A stretch of 63,478 nucleotides of DNA, the filler included, from an uncultured bacterium (GTDB taxonomy: Bacteria > CAZDME01 > JAYEMH01), in NCBI GenBank assembly GCA_964506785.1. It is 17 parts of 17 records of this genome, joined end to end, with 100 filler letters (N's around TTAATTAATTAA, not from the genome) between each part and the next. Parts side by side here need not be neighbours in the genome. Positions count along the whole stretch, not along the records: positions 1 to 4,624 come from CAZDME010000079.1; positions 4,725 to 9,321 come from CAZDME010000080.1; positions 9,422 to 13,979 come from CAZDME010000081.1; 14 more parts are not named here. One strand, written 5' to 3'. A model generated the notes under the pieces. The model was not told where the DNA came from. It made no database searches and saw only the letters and a program-made list of their open reading frames with translations. The position numbers were made by a program, and so were the translations under genes. The first letter of the stretch is position 1. Each line of letters starts with the position of its first letter. This document shows positions 1-10,157 of the stretch, piece by piece.

Positions 1-1020
1 GATTGGATTACGACCGTTAGCCCCGGATTCATTATAAAACCTGATTTAGCCACACATAAACTAGTTTTTGATTACCGGGCGGATTTGGAATTTTTTGATA
101 AATATGACGGCGAAGATACCGATAATCACACGACCAACCTTGAATTAGACTTTCTTTTAAACAAACTTACCTTTGAAATTGACAATATGTTTCATTATTT
201 TTCTGACCGCAGTGGTAGCGAAGATGTTACCCGGGTCCCCAGAACACAGGATTATGCCCGGGCACGGACTACCTTCGATTTGAATAAACTTGACCTTTCC
301 CTTAGTTATTATTACCGACATGAGGAATACCGCAGTGATGATGCCATTGGGAATTTTAAAGGCCAGGCCTTAACCTATGACGATCTGGACAGAGACGAGC
401 ATCAGGGCGAGATAGAGACGGCCTTTAAGCTATGGCCGAAAACTTCGCTTCTCTTATCGGGAGATTATGGCACCATTGAACACAAAACCGGGAAGAAAAG
501 CGATTCCGACTATTTTGATGCTTTAATTGGCCTGCGCGGAGAACCAACGGCTAAATGCATGGTTGAAGGAAGGGTTGGTTATCGTAAACAGGATTATGAT
601 GATTATGATGATGATTTTGACGGGGTAATTTTTAACGGCAGTCTGATAGAGAATTTTAGCCCCCGGGATACCATACGAATAGATTTCCTGCGGAGGACTG
701 AAGACACTATTTATAAAGATAATGCCTATTATACAAATACTTTTGTTGGGGTGGGCTATAAACACGGTTTTACCGATAGAGTTTTCGGAAACATAAATGG
801 TTATTACCAGTGGAATCGCTATCCCAGTGAAACTATCGAAGATGCAGAAACAGCCAAAAGAGAAGACGATTTGTGGTCGACTTCAGCCGGATTGAATTAT
901 GAATTTCCAAAAGGTTTTACAGTTAATCTCATCTATGAATATCGGGTCAGGGATTCGAATTTTGCCAAGTATGATTATAAGGATAACCGCGTAAGTATTG
1001 GACTCACCGTTAGCTTCTGA
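1..1020 (+). CDS. Outer-membrane beta-barrel protein, exopolysaccharide-associated (5' partial)
   Basis: Frame open from base 1; alternating aromatic beta-strand pattern; C-terminal Phe (VSIGLTVSF); upstream of Wza/Wzc-like genes. Confidence 0.75.
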   Translation, partial: DWITTVSPGFIIKPDLATHKLVFDYRADLEFFDKYDGEDTDNHTTNLELDFLLNKLTFEIDNMFHYFSDRSGSEDVTRVPRTQDYARARTTFDLNKLDLSLSYYYRHEEYRSDDAIGNFKGQALTYDDLDRDEHQGEIETAFKLWPKTSLLLSGDYGTIEHKTGKKSDSDYFDALIGLRGEPTAKCMVEGRVGYRKQDYDDYDDDFDGVIFNGSLIENFSPRDTIRIDFLRRTEDTIYKDNAYYTNTFVGVGYKHGFTDRVFGNINGYYQWNRYPSETIEDAETAKREDDLWSTSAGLNYEFPKGFTVNLIYEYRVRDSNFAKYDYKDNRVSIGLTVSF

Positions 1021-1062
1021 AATAGTTTTATCAAAGTTTTTTTTAGTTGTGGAAGTAGCGGG

Positions 1063-1106
1063 CCACTAAAGGAGGAGGGGGGATTGTCTATTCTTTAGTG
1101 GTTTTT
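1063..1106 (+). terminator. Possible intrinsic terminator
   Basis: CCACTAAAG...CTTTAGTGG stem followed by TTTTT; loop is long. Confidence 0.4.
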
Positions 1107-1126
1107 AATTTTTACGGGGGGGGGAC

Positions 1127-1708
1127 ATGAAACTCAAAATTATTGTATTCGTAGTTACTTGTTTTTTAACGGCAGGCGTGTTGTCGACCGCCAAGGCCCA
1201 AAACGCGGACTACCTTCTGCAACCTGAAGATGTACTTTATATTACTGTTTATGAACAACCGGACCTCGATACGACGGTGCGTATTAGTTCTGCCGGTCAA
1301 ATTACTTTTCCTTTATTAGGTAAAATCACGGCAGCTGGATTTACGGTTTCCCAATTAAAAGATAAAATTGAGCATCTCTTAGCTTCCGATTACCTGGTTG
1401 ATCCGCAAGTGCAGGTTTTTATCCAGAAGTATCATGTAAGGCAGGTTTCGGTTCTCGGGGCGGTACAAAAACCCGGGAAATATGATATGTATAATGAAAA
1501 AGGAACGACTGTTTTAGAGGCGATTGCCATGGCCGGAGGCTTTAATGATGTGGCCAGCGTCAATGGGACCAGAATAATTCGCAAAAAAGATGGAAAGGAA
1601 GAGACTATTCCAGTTAGAACTACCGATATAACCAAAAAAGGACAGAAGGAAAAAGATATTCTTCTTCAACCCGGAGACATTGTTTTTGTCCCCGAAAGTT
1701 TCTTTTAA
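1127..1708 (+). CDS. Polysaccharide export protein (Poly_export + SLBB, Wza/GumB-like)
   Basis: Signal peptide, YLLQPEDVLYITV, GQITFPLLG, LEAIAMAGG, LQPGDIVFVPES motifs. Confidence 0.9.
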   Translation: MKLKIIVFVVTCFLTAGVLSTAKAQNADYLLQPEDVLYITVYEQPDLDTTVRISSAGQITFPLLGKITAAGFTVSQLKDKIEHLLASDYLVDPQVQVFIQKYHVRQVSVLGAVQKPGKYDMYNEKGTTVLEAIAMAGGFNDVASVNGTRIIRKKDGKEETIPVRTTDITKKGQKEKDILLQPGDIVFVPESFF

Positions 1709-1722
1709 AAAAGGGAGTAGAT

Positions 1723-3387
1723 ATGCAAGAGTACAAACAGGATGTTCATCTTAATGATTACCTGCGGGTAATTAAGAACCGTAAGAATTTGATAATTGTA
1801 TTTTCTTTTATCAGCGTTCTGGTGGTAACCGTTTATAGTTTTATGGTTGAGCCAGTTTACCGGGCAACGGCCACTTTATTAATCGATTTAGAGAGCCCCC
1901 ATGTTTTGACGACAACCGGCTCGGTTGCTTTAGAAACAACACATTATGATGCCTATCGCGAGTATTTTCAGAGCCAGAAAGAAATAATTAAAAGCCGGGG
2001 TATTATTCATCAGGTGTTCGATGAATTTAAGCTTGATGAAAAAAAAGAATACCGTGAGTCCAAGGACCCGGTAAAAAAATTCCTTAAGACAATTAAGGTC
2101 GAACCTATCAGGGATACGAGGTTGCTTCAGCTTCATGTTGAGAATAAAGACCCGAAGCTTGCTGCAGCTTTTGCTAACCGGATTGCCGAGATATATATTA
2201 TCCATAACCTTTCCTATATTACAAAAAGTGAAATCACCAATCTCCTAAAAAATGAATACTTAAGACTGCAGACAAAATTATCAGAATACACCAAGATTTA
2301 TAAAGCTAAACATCCCAAAATGCTCCGCCTTAAGCAAGAGATGGATCAGATTGCTTCCAGAATTCAAGCGGAAAAAGAGCGAGTGGGCAATTTCAGTAAG
2401 ACAGCTTCCCGTACTTTAAGTTTAGATGATTCGTCCTCGGTTCTTACCGTCGGTCTTAAAGCTAACAATATTTCTATTCAGGACCGGGCGGTGGTGCCCA
2501 TACTGCCGGTGAGGCCGAAAAAACGTTCTAATATTCTCCTTTCGATGATTATCAGTCTTTTCGCCGGGATAGGCCTGGCTTTTTTCTTTGAATATCTGGA
2601 TGATACCGTAAAGGGGGCAGAGGAGGTCGAGCGATTAGTGAAATGGCCGGTTTTGGGAAGTGTACCCAAAATCGATTGTTCGGAAAATGGGTTTGGTAAT
2701 TCTGAGAGGGCCAAGCCGGAACTTTTTATTCAGATGAATCCGCAAAATCCAATATCCGAAGCTTACCGGGCAATAAGGACCAGTGTGCTTTTTTCATCTA
2801 CCGAGGAACACCCCATAAAAAGTTTTCTGGTTACCAGTCCCGGCCCCCAGGAAGGGAAAACAACCAGTCTTTGCAACCTGGCGATAACCATGGCCCATAG
2901 CCAGAATCAGGTGCTTATGGTCGAAGCGGATATGCGTAAACCACGCCTTGATAAAATATTCGAAACGAAAAAAGATATCGGATTAAGCAGTTTTCTTTCC
3001 GGACAGGCGAAGCCTGGCGATTTAATCCAGAAAACGAAAATAGAGAATCTATCTTTAGTTAGCGGTGGACCGCCGCCGCCAAACCCATCAGAATTATTAG
3101 CCAGCCGTAAAACAAAGGAATTTATTGATACGGTTAGGAAGAAATTTGATTTTATCTTATTTGATACCCCACCAATGGCAGTCGTGACCGATGCCGTTAT
3201 CCTTTCTCAAGCCGTAGATGGCACCATTATTGTCTTAGAAAGCGGCAAGACCAACAGAAGAATGCTCAAGCGTATTAATCAGATGTTAAAAGAGGCCAAA
3301 GGTAGAATTATTGGGGCAATTCTTAATAAGATTTCCCTTAGTGACGATAGCTATTATTACTACTCTTATTACTCTGAGAAAAAATAA
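1723..3387 (+). CDS. wzc: Polysaccharide co-polymerase / BY-kinase (Wzc/GumC-like)
   Basis: Two TM segments, Walker A GPQEGKTT, ILFDTPP, C-terminal Tyr cluster SYYYYSYY. Confidence 0.9.
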   Translation: MQEYKQDVHLNDYLRVIKNRKNLIIVFSFISVLVVTVYSFMVEPVYRATATLLIDLESPHVLTTTGSVALETTHYDAYREYFQSQKEIIKSRGIIHQVFDEFKLDEKKEYRESKDPVKKFLKTIKVEPIRDTRLLQLHVENKDPKLAAAFANRIAEIYIIHNLSYITKSEITNLLKNEYLRLQTKLSEYTKIYKAKHPKMLRLKQEMDQIASRIQAEKERVGNFSKTASRTLSLDDSSSVLTVGLKANNISIQDRAVVPILPVRPKKRSNILLSMIISLFAGIGLAFFFEYLDDTVKGAEEVERLVKWPVLGSVPKIDCSENGFGNSERAKPELFIQMNPQNPISEAYRAIRTSVLFSSTEEHPIKSFLVTSPGPQEGKTTSLCNLAITMAHSQNQVLMVEADMRKPRLDKIFETKKDIGLSSFLSGQAKPGDLIQKTKIENLSLVSGGPPPPNPSELLASRKTKEFIDTVRKKFDFILFDTPPMAVVTDAVILSQAVDGTIIVLESGKTNRRMLKRINQMLKEAKGRIIGAILNKISLSDDSYYYYSYYSEKK

Positions 3388-3522
3388 CGCGAGTGAGGCC
3401 GGAACACACCTAGACAATCCCTGGTTTTAATATCAGCTTTGCTGCCTAGTCAAGATGCCAATTCTACCTGGTGCGCGAGTCCTCATCATAACCGCTTTTT
3501 AAAGATAACTATTTAGAGGCGA

Positions 3523-4624
3523 ATGCCAAAGCATAAAAATAAATATAAAGTTAAAGATTTATTGGAAAAGGGGAAAATGATTTACCGAGAAATGCCGGTT
3601 TATATCCGCTGGATTTTTCTTCCTCTTAAATTGATAGTAAAGTCTATCCGCAAGGTCTTTAATTTTATCGATACTATAAAATTGGACCTTTGGATTATAG
3701 CCGGGGAAGAGGCCTCCACTAAAGAAGAGCTTGCGGTTATCTATGCGGGTAGAGAAAAAAACAAGAATTATATAGCTAAATTGGCTTTTAACGGACTTTA
3801 TAACGAAAGATTTATTTCAAAAATCTGGGTATGGAAAATTAAGAGTGAGGCGAAACGAAAAGAGCGAGATTGTCCTTTATTGGTTGTTGAAGCACCGAAA
3901 TTTTGCCGCCGATTATTTCAAAAAGAAAACTTTTTCTATATTCCTTCCTGGATTTCGGGAGAGGTAGATATTTTCGCTGATATTTCTCTAATATGTAAAG
4001 ACGGAAGTCTTAAATCGGACCTGCGCAGGATAAGAAGAAATAAACTGGCTTTCGAAGTAAGCAATAATCTTTCGCAGTTTAAAGAATTTTACTTTGATAT
4101 GTACCTTCCATATATTACTAACTCACACGGTGATAGGGCGATAGTAACGGGATACGACTCCATGAAGGAAAAGTTTAAAGAGTGTGATTTGTTTTTGGTG
4201 AAAAATGGAGTCGAATTTATATCAGGCGGTTTGATTGCCTATGATAAAAATAAGGTTAGTCTCTGGCATGCCGGTGTCAGAGACGGCGCTAGAGACTATA
4301 TTAACGATGGGGCGGTAGCTGCTTTATATTATTTTTCGGTTCTTTACCTGAAAGAAAGAGGATATAAAAAGCTGAATTTCGGGCTATCACGGCCTTTTTT
4401 AAAGGATGGTGTGCTGCAGTATAAAAGAAAATGGAAGATTCGTATTATAAAATCACCTGAGGCAGGTATTTTTATTAAACCTTTAGTCCAAACAGGCGGA
4501 GTAAAGGGATTTTTTTTGAATAACCCTTTTATCTATTTGGATAAAGAAAACTTAAAGGCGGCGCTCTTCATAGAAGAAGGAAAAATTCTATCGAAAGAAG
4601 ATTTTGAAAAAATCTATAAAGATT
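3523..4624 (+). CDS. Hypothetical protein with GNAT/FemAB-like C-terminal domain (3' partial)
   Basis: LNFGLSRPFLKDGVLQYKRKW resembles the acyltransferase-fold motif common in EPS loci; runs into linker. Confidence 0.55.
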
Positions 4625-4724
4625 NNNNNNNNNNNNNNNNNNNNNNNNNNNNNNNNNNNNNNNNNNNNTTAATTAATTAANNNNNNNNNNNNNNNNNNNN
4701 NNNNNNNNNNNNNNNNNNNNNNNN
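4625..4724. other. Artificial contig linker, first of 16 (others at 9322, 13980, 18520, 22982, 27182, 31356, 34966, 38573, 41978, 45311, 48526, 51739, 54853, 57936, 60713; each 100 nt)
   Basis: N-run, TTAATTAATTAA (stops in all six frames), N-run; identical at every occurrence. Confidence 0.99.
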
Positions 4725-4948
4725 AGGATGCCGAAAAATATCTTTCTGACCTGAAGGATCGTCAGGGGAAATACCTTTTCAATATCGGCGAATATTACTA
4801 TAAGAAAGAGGGTTCGCTGAAAGCCGCTTCGGTATATTTTAAAAAACTTGAAGAAAATTTTAAGGGAAGTTCTTGGGGAGAAAAAGCCAAGGAAAGATTA
4901 GCCGAAATTGGGGAAATAGAAAGGCGGATAAAGGAGGGGAAAAAATGA
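4725..4948 (+). CDS. bamD: Outer membrane assembly factor BamD-like TPR protein, C-terminal fragment
   Basis: Manual translation FNIGEYYYKK...AASVYFKKLEENFKGSSWGEKAKERL; TGA overlaps the ATG of the lptE-like gene. Confidence 0.6.
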
Positions 4949-5436
4949 GAAATTTTATCATAGCTATATTAGCGGTATTTTTATTAGCTGGCTGCGGTTA
5001 TACAGCCAGGGGGCTTCTTCCTCCAGGGGTAAAGAAAATTAATATATCAACCTTTGTAAACCAAACCTATGAATATCAGATAGAATTTACCTTGGCTAAC
5101 GAAATTACCAATGAGTTTATCATTGACGGTCGTCTTCAAGTGGTCAATCTTGCTGAAGCTGACACCCAATTGACCGGGACAATTGTTGAATACCGTCGGG
5201 AAAGTTTAGTTTATGATAGAAATGACGATGTTAGCCAGTACCAAATTCAGGTTTTTGCTGATGTGGCTCTTAAGGATTTAGAGGACGGGTCAATTATCTG
5301 GGAGGGCAGCCGAATCAAGGGGGAAGACATATATTTTGTTACTGGCAGTTTAGCTAATACAGAAGAAGAAGCCAGGCTAGGAGCTTTTAAGGATTTAGCC
5401 GAAAATATTGTTGATCAGGTAATTGAAGGTTGGTAG
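4945..5436 (+). CDS. lptE: LptE-family lipoprotein
   Basis: Lipobox LAGC-GY after ATG 4945 with GGAGG RBS; position before holA. Confidence 0.8.
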   Translation: MRNFIIAILAVFLLAGCGYTARGLLPPGVKKINISTFVNQTYEYQIEFTLANEITNEFIIDGRLQVVNLAEADTQLTGTIVEYRRESLVYDRNDDVSQYQIQVFADVALKDLEDGSIIWEGSRIKGEDIYFVTGSLANTEEEARLGAFKDLAENIVDQVIEGW

Positions 5437-5437
5437 G

Positions 5438-6439
5438 ATGTATAGTGAAGTACTCCTTGAAGAGATAGAAAAGGGGAAAATTTCTCAGGTTTATTTATTT
5501 CAAGGAGAGGAAGACTATCTTAAAATTAAGGCTTTAAACCAGATTAAAGAAAAATTTTTTCAAAATCCTGCCGCAGAAAGTTTCAATTTCCGCATTTTTT
5601 ACGGGAAAGATTTAGATTGCGCCAATTTCCTTGAAGAGATAAATACCTTCCCCGTTTTATCTAATAGGAAACTCTTGATAATTAAAGAGGCAGATAAATT
5701 AAACGCCTCTTCCCGCGATAAAATTGCTAAAGAACTTGTTAAGACCCCTCCTTTTTTACACCTGATTTTTTTCTTTCAAAAGGTTGATAAGAGGCAAAAA
5801 CTCATTCAAGCCATTCAGAGCAAAGGGAAGCTCGTTTATTTTTATCCGCTTAAAGATAACAATTTAAAATTTTGGGTTGCTACCCAGTTTAAAAAAAGGA
5901 AAAAAGAAATTACTCCGCAAGGAATCGCTTTTTTGTTAAATAAAGCAGGCAGTCAGCTTGGGAATTTGGAGCAAGAAATTGAAAAGGTCTCACTTTATGC
6001 CGGCAGTAAAAATCAGATAGAATTAGATGATGTAAAGGCCGCTTCTAGTGAATATCAGACTCAAGATATATACGATTTGGCAGACAAAATAATGGAAAGA
6101 GATGTTCAGGCGAGTTTAACAAGCCTCTCCAGATTAATGCCGGAGAAAAAAGGCACAGAGTTGATTGCCTTGTTCTATTGGCAGTATTCTAGAGTTTTCC
6201 AAGCAAAGATTTTACAGGATAAAGGAATGTCTGCCGCAGAAATTGGCCGAAAGCTGAAGATTCCGCCCTACTATTTATCCAGGTTTTTAAATAGGATAAA
6301 CAGTTTCTCCCGGGAGGAGTTAAAGGGATTCTTTTATAAATTATTTCAAAGCGACTTAAATTTGAAATTAACCAGATTCTCGCCCAAGTTGGCTCTCGAA
6401 CTTTTATTAATCAGCCTTTGCCTGAAGCAGACCGGTTAA
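5438..6439 (+). CDS. holA: DNA polymerase III subunit delta
   Basis: VYLFQGEEDYL, EQEIEKVSLY motifs; convergent with rpsT. Confidence 0.9.
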   Translation: MYSEVLLEEIEKGKISQVYLFQGEEDYLKIKALNQIKEKFFQNPAAESFNFRIFYGKDLDCANFLEEINTFPVLSNRKLLIIKEADKLNASSRDKIAKELVKTPPFLHLIFFFQKVDKRQKLIQAIQSKGKLVYFYPLKDNNLKFWVATQFKKRKKEITPQGIAFLLNKAGSQLGNLEQEIEKVSLYAGSKNQIELDDVKAASSEYQTQDIYDLADKIMERDVQASLTSLSRLMPEKKGTELIALFYWQYSRVFQAKILQDKGMSAAEIGRKLKIPPYYLSRFLNRINSFSREELKGFFYKLFQSDLNLKLTRFSPKLALELLLISLCLKQTG

Positions 6440-6686
6440 TACGTTTGGTCAGACGGCTAATCTTGCGCGAGGCGGTGTTTTTATGAAAAACTCCCTGAGA
6501 AGCCGCTTTGTTCCACATAGAAAGCAAATCCGTTAAGATTTTGCGGGCCTCATCAAATTTTTTATCATCAAGGAGTTTATTAAAATTCTTCATTTTAAAT
6601 TTGAGAGCTGATTTGACGGCCCGGTTTTTTATTTGCCTTTTTTTGCTTTGCCTCATGCGTTTAGCGGCCGAACGGTGAACAGGCAT
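6411..6686 (-). CDS. rpsT: 30S ribosomal protein S20
   Basis: SAAKRMRQS, HKNTASRKISRL. Confidence 0.97.
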   Translation of the reverse strand: MPVHRSAAKRMRQSKKRQIKNRAVKSALKFKMKNFNKLLDDKKFDEARKILTDLLSMWNKAASQGVFHKNTASRKISRLTKRINRSASGKG

Positions 6687-6774
6687 ATATTCCTCCTTCT
6701 AAAGATTTTAAAGTTTAGCATAAAAAGAATTTTCTGTCAAGCAGTATAGCCTGATTTTGCGAGGGTAATAAAAT

Positions 6775-8358
6775 ATGGAATCTCACCTTGAAATTGCCAG
6801 GGCAACCGGAAACATTGCCGGGATGACAGTTATTAGCCGCACGCTCGGTTTCATTCGAGATATCTTGATAGCTTCTTTCTTTGGGACGACTATGGCCGCT
6901 GATGCTTTTTTTATCGCCTTTCGCATTCCTAATATTCTCAGGCACCTTTTGGCCGAAGGAGCTTTAAGTGCTGGTTTTGTTCCCGTATTTGCTGAGACCC
7001 ATACCCAGGGGGGCAAAGAGGAGCTATGGAAGTTGGTAAAAATAGTTTTTACCTTAATGTTTCTCCTCTTGTTAATTTTAGTAATCCTGGGTATTATTTT
7101 CGCTCCCTGGTTGGTAAGGATAATTGCTCCGGGATTTATTCACCATCCAGATAAATTAAAGTTGACCATACATTTATCCCGGTTAATTTTCCCTTACCTT
7201 TTTTTTATCGGCTTAGCCGCCGTCGGAATGGGCGCTTTGAATTCGCTTAAGCATTTTAGTATCCCGGCTTTTTCTCCAGCGGTGCTTAATATCTCTTTGA
7301 TTATTTTTCTAATTTTTGTTTGCCGGCATATGCAGGTTCCTATTTATGGCCTGACCTTGGGTGTAGTCGTGGGAGGAGTAGGACAGTTTTTAATTCAGCT
7401 TCCACCTTTATTGAGACGGGGTTGGCCACCTAGCCTTTTCTTTAATTTTCGCAAGACCTGGCAGGAGGTTAAAACCCATCCCCAGATAAGAAAAATTGGC
7501 ATACTACTTACCCCGGCTATGTTCGGTTTGGCTATTCACCAATTGAGTTTGTTAATTGATACATTGCTTGCTTCTTTTTTGCCTGAGGGGAGTGTTTCCT
7601 ATCTATATTATGGAAATCGTCTAATGCAGCTTCCTCTGGGTGTGTTTGGTATTGCCTTAGCTACAGCCAGCCTGCCTATTTTATCTGCCCAGGCGGCAAA
7701 AAAAGATTTAGAAAATTTTAGAAAAACCTTAACGTTCTCTTTGCGCTCAATGCTTTTTATTACCTTGCCGGCTATGGTCGGCTTAATTGTGCTGCGTTAT
7801 CCTATTATTCGTCTGCTTTTTGCTCACGGCGCCTTTTCCGAAGCATCTGTTCAAGGTTCAGCCAGCACCCTGCTTTTCTATTCGTTAGGTCTCTGTTCCT
7901 ACGCTGGCGTGAAAATGGTAGTGGCCGGTTTTTATGCTCTTCAGGATACTCGCACACCTTTAAGAATAGGCTTCTTGGTTTTAGTAGTAAATGCAGTTCT
8001 TAATCTGATCTTAATGGGACCCCTTAAAAGCGGCGGCATAGCTTTAGCTACCGCCCTAAGTTCGACAATGAGCTTTTTCATTTTTCTTGCTGTCTTGAAA
8101 GGAAGGATTGGCCCGCTGGAATACGATAGTATCAAGGATTCTTTTCTACGCATTCTTTCCGCGGCTATAATTATGGGTGGGGTTTGTTTTTTGGTTGCCC
8201 AGGGATTAAGCCGGCCAGATATGGGGATTTTAGGAAAAATAATACAGGTTGGGTGCTCTATTATTTTCGGTTTGGGGGCGTATATTTCAGCTTGTTTATT
8301 TTTTCGGCTCGAAGAAATAAATTCCCTTAAAAATTTAATTTTAAAACATAAGAGATGA
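6775..8358 (+). CDS. murJ: Lipid II flippase MurJ (MviN)
   Basis: SRTLGFIRD, FRIPNILR, AEGALSAGFVPV, RLMQLPLGVFG. Confidence 0.97.
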   Translation: MESHLEIARATGNIAGMTVISRTLGFIRDILIASFFGTTMAADAFFIAFRIPNILRHLLAEGALSAGFVPVFAETHTQGGKEELWKLVKIVFTLMFLLLLILVILGIIFAPWLVRIIAPGFIHHPDKLKLTIHLSRLIFPYLFFIGLAAVGMGALNSLKHFSIPAFSPAVLNISLIIFLIFVCRHMQVPIYGLTLGVVVGGVGQFLIQLPPLLRRGWPPSLFFNFRKTWQEVKTHPQIRKIGILLTPAMFGLAIHQLSLLIDTLLASFLPEGSVSYLYYGNRLMQLPLGVFGIALATASLPILSAQAAKKDLENFRKTLTFSLRSMLFITLPAMVGLIVLRYPIIRLLFAHGAFSEASVQGSASTLLFYSLGLCSYAGVKMVVAGFYALQDTRTPLRIGFLVLVVNAVLNLILMGPLKSGGIALATALSSTMSFFIFLAVLKGRIGPLEYDSIKDSFLRILSAAIIMGGVCFLVAQGLSRPDMGILGKIIQVGCSIIFGLGAYISACLFFRLEEINSLKNLILKHKR

Positions 8359-9321
8359 ACTTGAAAGAGAAAATAAAAACATTCCCGGATTCTCCCGGTG
8401 TCTATATTATGCGTAATCAAGGGGGAGATATTCTCTATGTGGGTAAAGCCCAGTCGCTTCGGAAGAGGGCGGCCTATTATTTTAAAGGGAAAGATACCCT
8501 TTCTCCCCGCCTGAATTCTCTTATAGCTAAAGTAAAGCAAATGGAGTATCTTCCTACTCCTACTGAAGAAGAAGCCTTAATCTTAGAATGCGATTTGATA
8601 AAGAAATATCATCCCGGTTATAACATTAGCCTTCGAGACGACAAAAAATATCCATTTTTGAAAATAACTATTAACGAGGATTATCCGCGGGTTTTTATTA
8701 CCAGGAGCATAAAGAAAGACGGTGCTAAATACTTTGGTCCTTATCCCCTTGTTTTGCCTTTACGCCATACTCTGAGACTTCTTAGAAAGGTTTTTCCCAT
8801 CCGTAGCTGCCGGGGCGATTTTACCAAGACGAAAAGACGTCCTTGCCTTTATTTCCAAATTGGTGAATGCCTAGCACCCTGCCAGAAGAAGGTAGATAAA
8901 AAGACTTATCGAAAAGTCGTCTGGTCATTATGCCGTTTTCTGGACGGCCGGCAGGATGAAATAATTAATAATTTTGGAGAAAAAATGGAGAAGGCCAGCC
9001 AAAAGCAGCAATACGAAAAGGCGGCTAAAATCAGGGATAGAATAAAAACTCTGCAAAAGGTTATTTTTATGACCGGGATTATTCCCCGATATCCCCATTT
9101 GCCGAAAAAGGATGAAAATCAGCCAGCTTTAGAAGAACTGAGAAATATCTTGGGCTTACAGAAAGTGCCCAGTTTTATTCAGTGTCTGGATATGTCTAAT
9201 ATTAAAGGAGAAGAAGCCGTAGGCGCCGTGGTTTCTTTTAAAAATGGCTTACCCCAAAAAAATAATTACCGGCGGTTCAAAATCAAGCTGGTTAAAAAAA
9301 TTGATGATTATGCCATGTTAG
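8355..9321 (+). CDS. uvrC: Excinuclease ABC subunit C (3' partial)
   Basis: GIY-YIG PGVY...LYVGKA, Cys cluster, UVR motif YEKAAKIRD, RNase H-like CLDMSN and DDYA. Confidence 0.93.
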
Positions 9322-9421
9322 NNNNNNNNNNNNNNNNNNNNNNNNNNNNNNNNNNNNNNNNNNNNTTAATTAATTAANNNNNNNNNNNNNNNNNNNNNNN
9401 NNNNNNNNNNNNNNNNNNNNN

Positions 9422-10155
9422 AAAATATGTTAAAAAAAGTGGCTAAAAAAGCAGACAGGATAATTACTATTTCTCAAAATTCTAAAAAAGATATCGTTGA
9501 AGTGCTTGGTGTTCAGGAAGAAAAAATTGAAGTGGTCAATTTAGCAGCGGATGAATCATTTCGACCGATTAAATCAGATTTTAAAAACATTCTTTCTAAA
9601 TATGGAATTAATAAGAAGTTTATTTTTTACTTCGGGAATCTCAGCCCTCACAAAAACATCACAACTTTAATAAATGCCTATAGCCGTCTTTCCGCTGAAA
9701 TAAAGAAGGAATACAGGTTAGTAATTGGAGGTAGGAAGGGTCGCTATTTTCAGAGTTTATTAGAGATAATTCGGGCATTAAAAATTGAAGGGCAGGTAAT
9801 ATTTACTGGGTTTATTCCTGAAGAGGACCTCCCTCATTTTTATAACGCCGCCTCAGTTTTTGTTTTTCCTTCCCTTTATGAAGGATTTGGCCTACCGCCT
9901 TTAGAAGCTATGGCTTGCGGAACACCGGTGATTGCTTCTAAAGCGGCTTCGTTACCAGAGGTGATAGCTGAAGGGGGAATTTTGATAGATCCCCATAATT
10001 CAAAAGAGCTTTCAGAAAAAATCTATCCAGTTTTGACTAATGAAGAGATGAGGAAAAACTTATCAATTAAAGCTTTAAATAGAGCTAAAAATTTTTCCTG
10101 GGAAAAATTTTCAAAAGAGGTGTTAAAAGTTTTGGAAGAAACATTTGAGGCATAA
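9422..10155 (+). CDS. Glycosyltransferase family 4 (5' partial)
   Basis: [24 protein letters not shown]. Confidence 0.92.
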
Positions 10156-10157
10156 AG

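Noticed and set aside
1051-1061. GGAAGTAGCGG as an ops/JUMPstart site
   Set aside because: Two mismatches in the GGCGGTAG core; insufficient evidence.
3390-3500. Intergenic region after wzc as a structured RNA
   Set aside because: Only short TGAGG/CCTCA complementarity; no recognisable motif.
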